Assembly: GCA_030141605.1 (NCBI GenBank)
Contig: JAQGDQ010000140.1
Location: 434,001 to 498,000 of the forward strand
DNA: 64,000 nt
DNA from: Tubiluchus corallicola
Lineage: Eukaryota; Animalia; Priapulida
Reading direction: 5' to 3'
The notes under the pieces are model-generated. The model made no database searches and was not told where the DNA came from. It saw only the letters and a program-made list of their open reading frames with translations. Numbering within the stretch: position 1 is the stretch's first letter; each line of letters opens with the position of its first letter. Both the position numbers and the translations under genes were made by a program. Positions 62,509 to 64,000 of the stretch are shown here, in pieces.

Positions 62509-63942
62509 TGCTGGAGTATAAAAAGTGAAGGTTTACACACAGGAGTATGTAGTTACAGAAGCACTGCTCTTAGTTGTAGTTTTTAGTTTTTCTCCTTGGG
62601 TCTTTTGTCTGAAGAAATCTTTAGTAATCTACAATCTCTGGTCACCACTTAAAAAAAGGATTAAGAAACACTTCTGCCACTAGCAAATTTATTGCAAGAA
62701 TTTGGTTTTTTCTTGACTTATTTTCATATTAAAAAGAAACCCGACACGAAATTTTATAAAACTACCTTTCTACGTTACATTTTCAACACAAAACGAGTGA
62801 TTTTAAACTATGCAAAAAAGTACTAACCTATGTCACATTAAATGTGGATGAATTCTACGACTCTTCATTATTAAATTGCTGTGTTGACTGCTACGCTCCA
62901 CCAGAATTTGTTACTGAAAAAAAGAAGAAATTATTATCTTCAACACCAACACACACAAACGCACGCATCACAAACTCACACGTGTGTAGGTACACTGGCT
63001 CACATAAACATTTTACAACAAGAAATTAACACAACATAAAATCTGCTACACCCTATGCACCGATTTGCCGGGCACCAGCAGATATGCTGAGAATTTAAAA
63101 GGGAAGAAAATGAATTTAAAGAACTTTCGATAAAAAATTATGCAACTTACCATTATGCTTACCTGTTCAAAAGACTTACGTAATTGGAAAAGGAAATTTT
63201 TAATAGTTTAAAATATTCATGCCATCTGGTAAAACAGCACTGCATTGCCATCCCTGTATGCACCGGTATTTCACCAAAAACACACTAGCAATTATAATCT
63301 TCGCACAGCATGACTTTGTGTTAAATACTGAACACATACTTTCTCAATATAAATTAAATGGAAGATTTCATAATCTAATTCATCTAACGCATAACATTAC
63401 AACTGTTACAAATGCAAATGCAGCATTGTTTTGATTTATCATGCCAAATACAGTAACTGGAAAAAAACACTAATAAATCAACTTAGATTCAGATTGTGGA
63501 GCAAATAATTATGTGAAAATCAATTTAATTCAGCCGAGAACAGGCTTGCGTGTAATAATGTAATTGCTTCTTACATTCTTCTTTCTACGCTTCTAACCTT
63601 TCTTAGAACTGCTTCTAAATTAAATCTTCAACACAACTTCGGATACTCAAATTATGCGCCTACTTCTGTATTCATAGCTAATTTAGAAGAACCTTGACAA
63701 GCATCTTCACTTCATATTTTCGTTGAAATGGTTTCTCATTGTTGGAATGCTGGGACAGAGGAGTACTGGCTTCATGCTCAAATGCTGGTGACCAATCGTG
63801 AACAATTTTGAACTCACGTACTTCGAATAAACAATCAACTAATTATTACAAACTTAATATTAAGATTATTATTATTAATGGTGTTATAAACCCTCACAAG
63901 TTTGATTTTGATATGAAACTTGAAGACAGGAAATGTAAAAAA

Positions 63943-64000
63943 GCGGTGTAGTGGTCAAGGTGGTGTAGTGGTTAAGACATCTGCAATATAATCAGAATGT
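63943..64000 (+). mobile_element. Probable tRNA-derived SINE head cut by the window edge
   Basis: Duplicated A-box GGTGTAGTGGT(C/T)AAG. Confidence 0.4.

Overview
AT-rich animal (invertebrate) genomic DNA with spliceosomal introns. Most of the window is a minus-strand plasma-membrane Ca2+-ATPase gene (PMCA/ATP2B, P2B P-type ATPase). I assembled 20 GT-AG coding exons by hand with consistent phases, from the ATG at 42700 to a stop at 6494 (about 1220 aa, ending in the PDZ-type motif ESSV). Beyond that core I found a 42-nt cassette exon at splice site A, a 69-nt alternative C-terminal exon (VIGGE...TDQA) 3 kb downstream of the apparent last exon, and several weaker micro-exon or recursive-splice signals with TGCATG clusters nearby. 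The ATG exon starts at a splice acceptor, so the transcript begins further upstream. In that upstream interval, on the same strand, is an intronless 632-aa cadherin-repeat ORF with a signal peptide, about 5 EC repeats, a C-terminal hydrophobic helix and almost no cytoplasmic tail. It may be nested in the PMCA 5'-UTR intron or share PMCA leader exons; this is the most interesting candidate here but is unproven. The introns carry non-autonomous DNA transposons (piggyBac-, hAT- and Kolobok-like), a Tc1/mariner transposase remnant, tRNA-derived SINEs, and micro- and minisatellites. I saw no CRISPR array, rRNA or intact tRNA. Homology statements come from memory of the families, not from searches.
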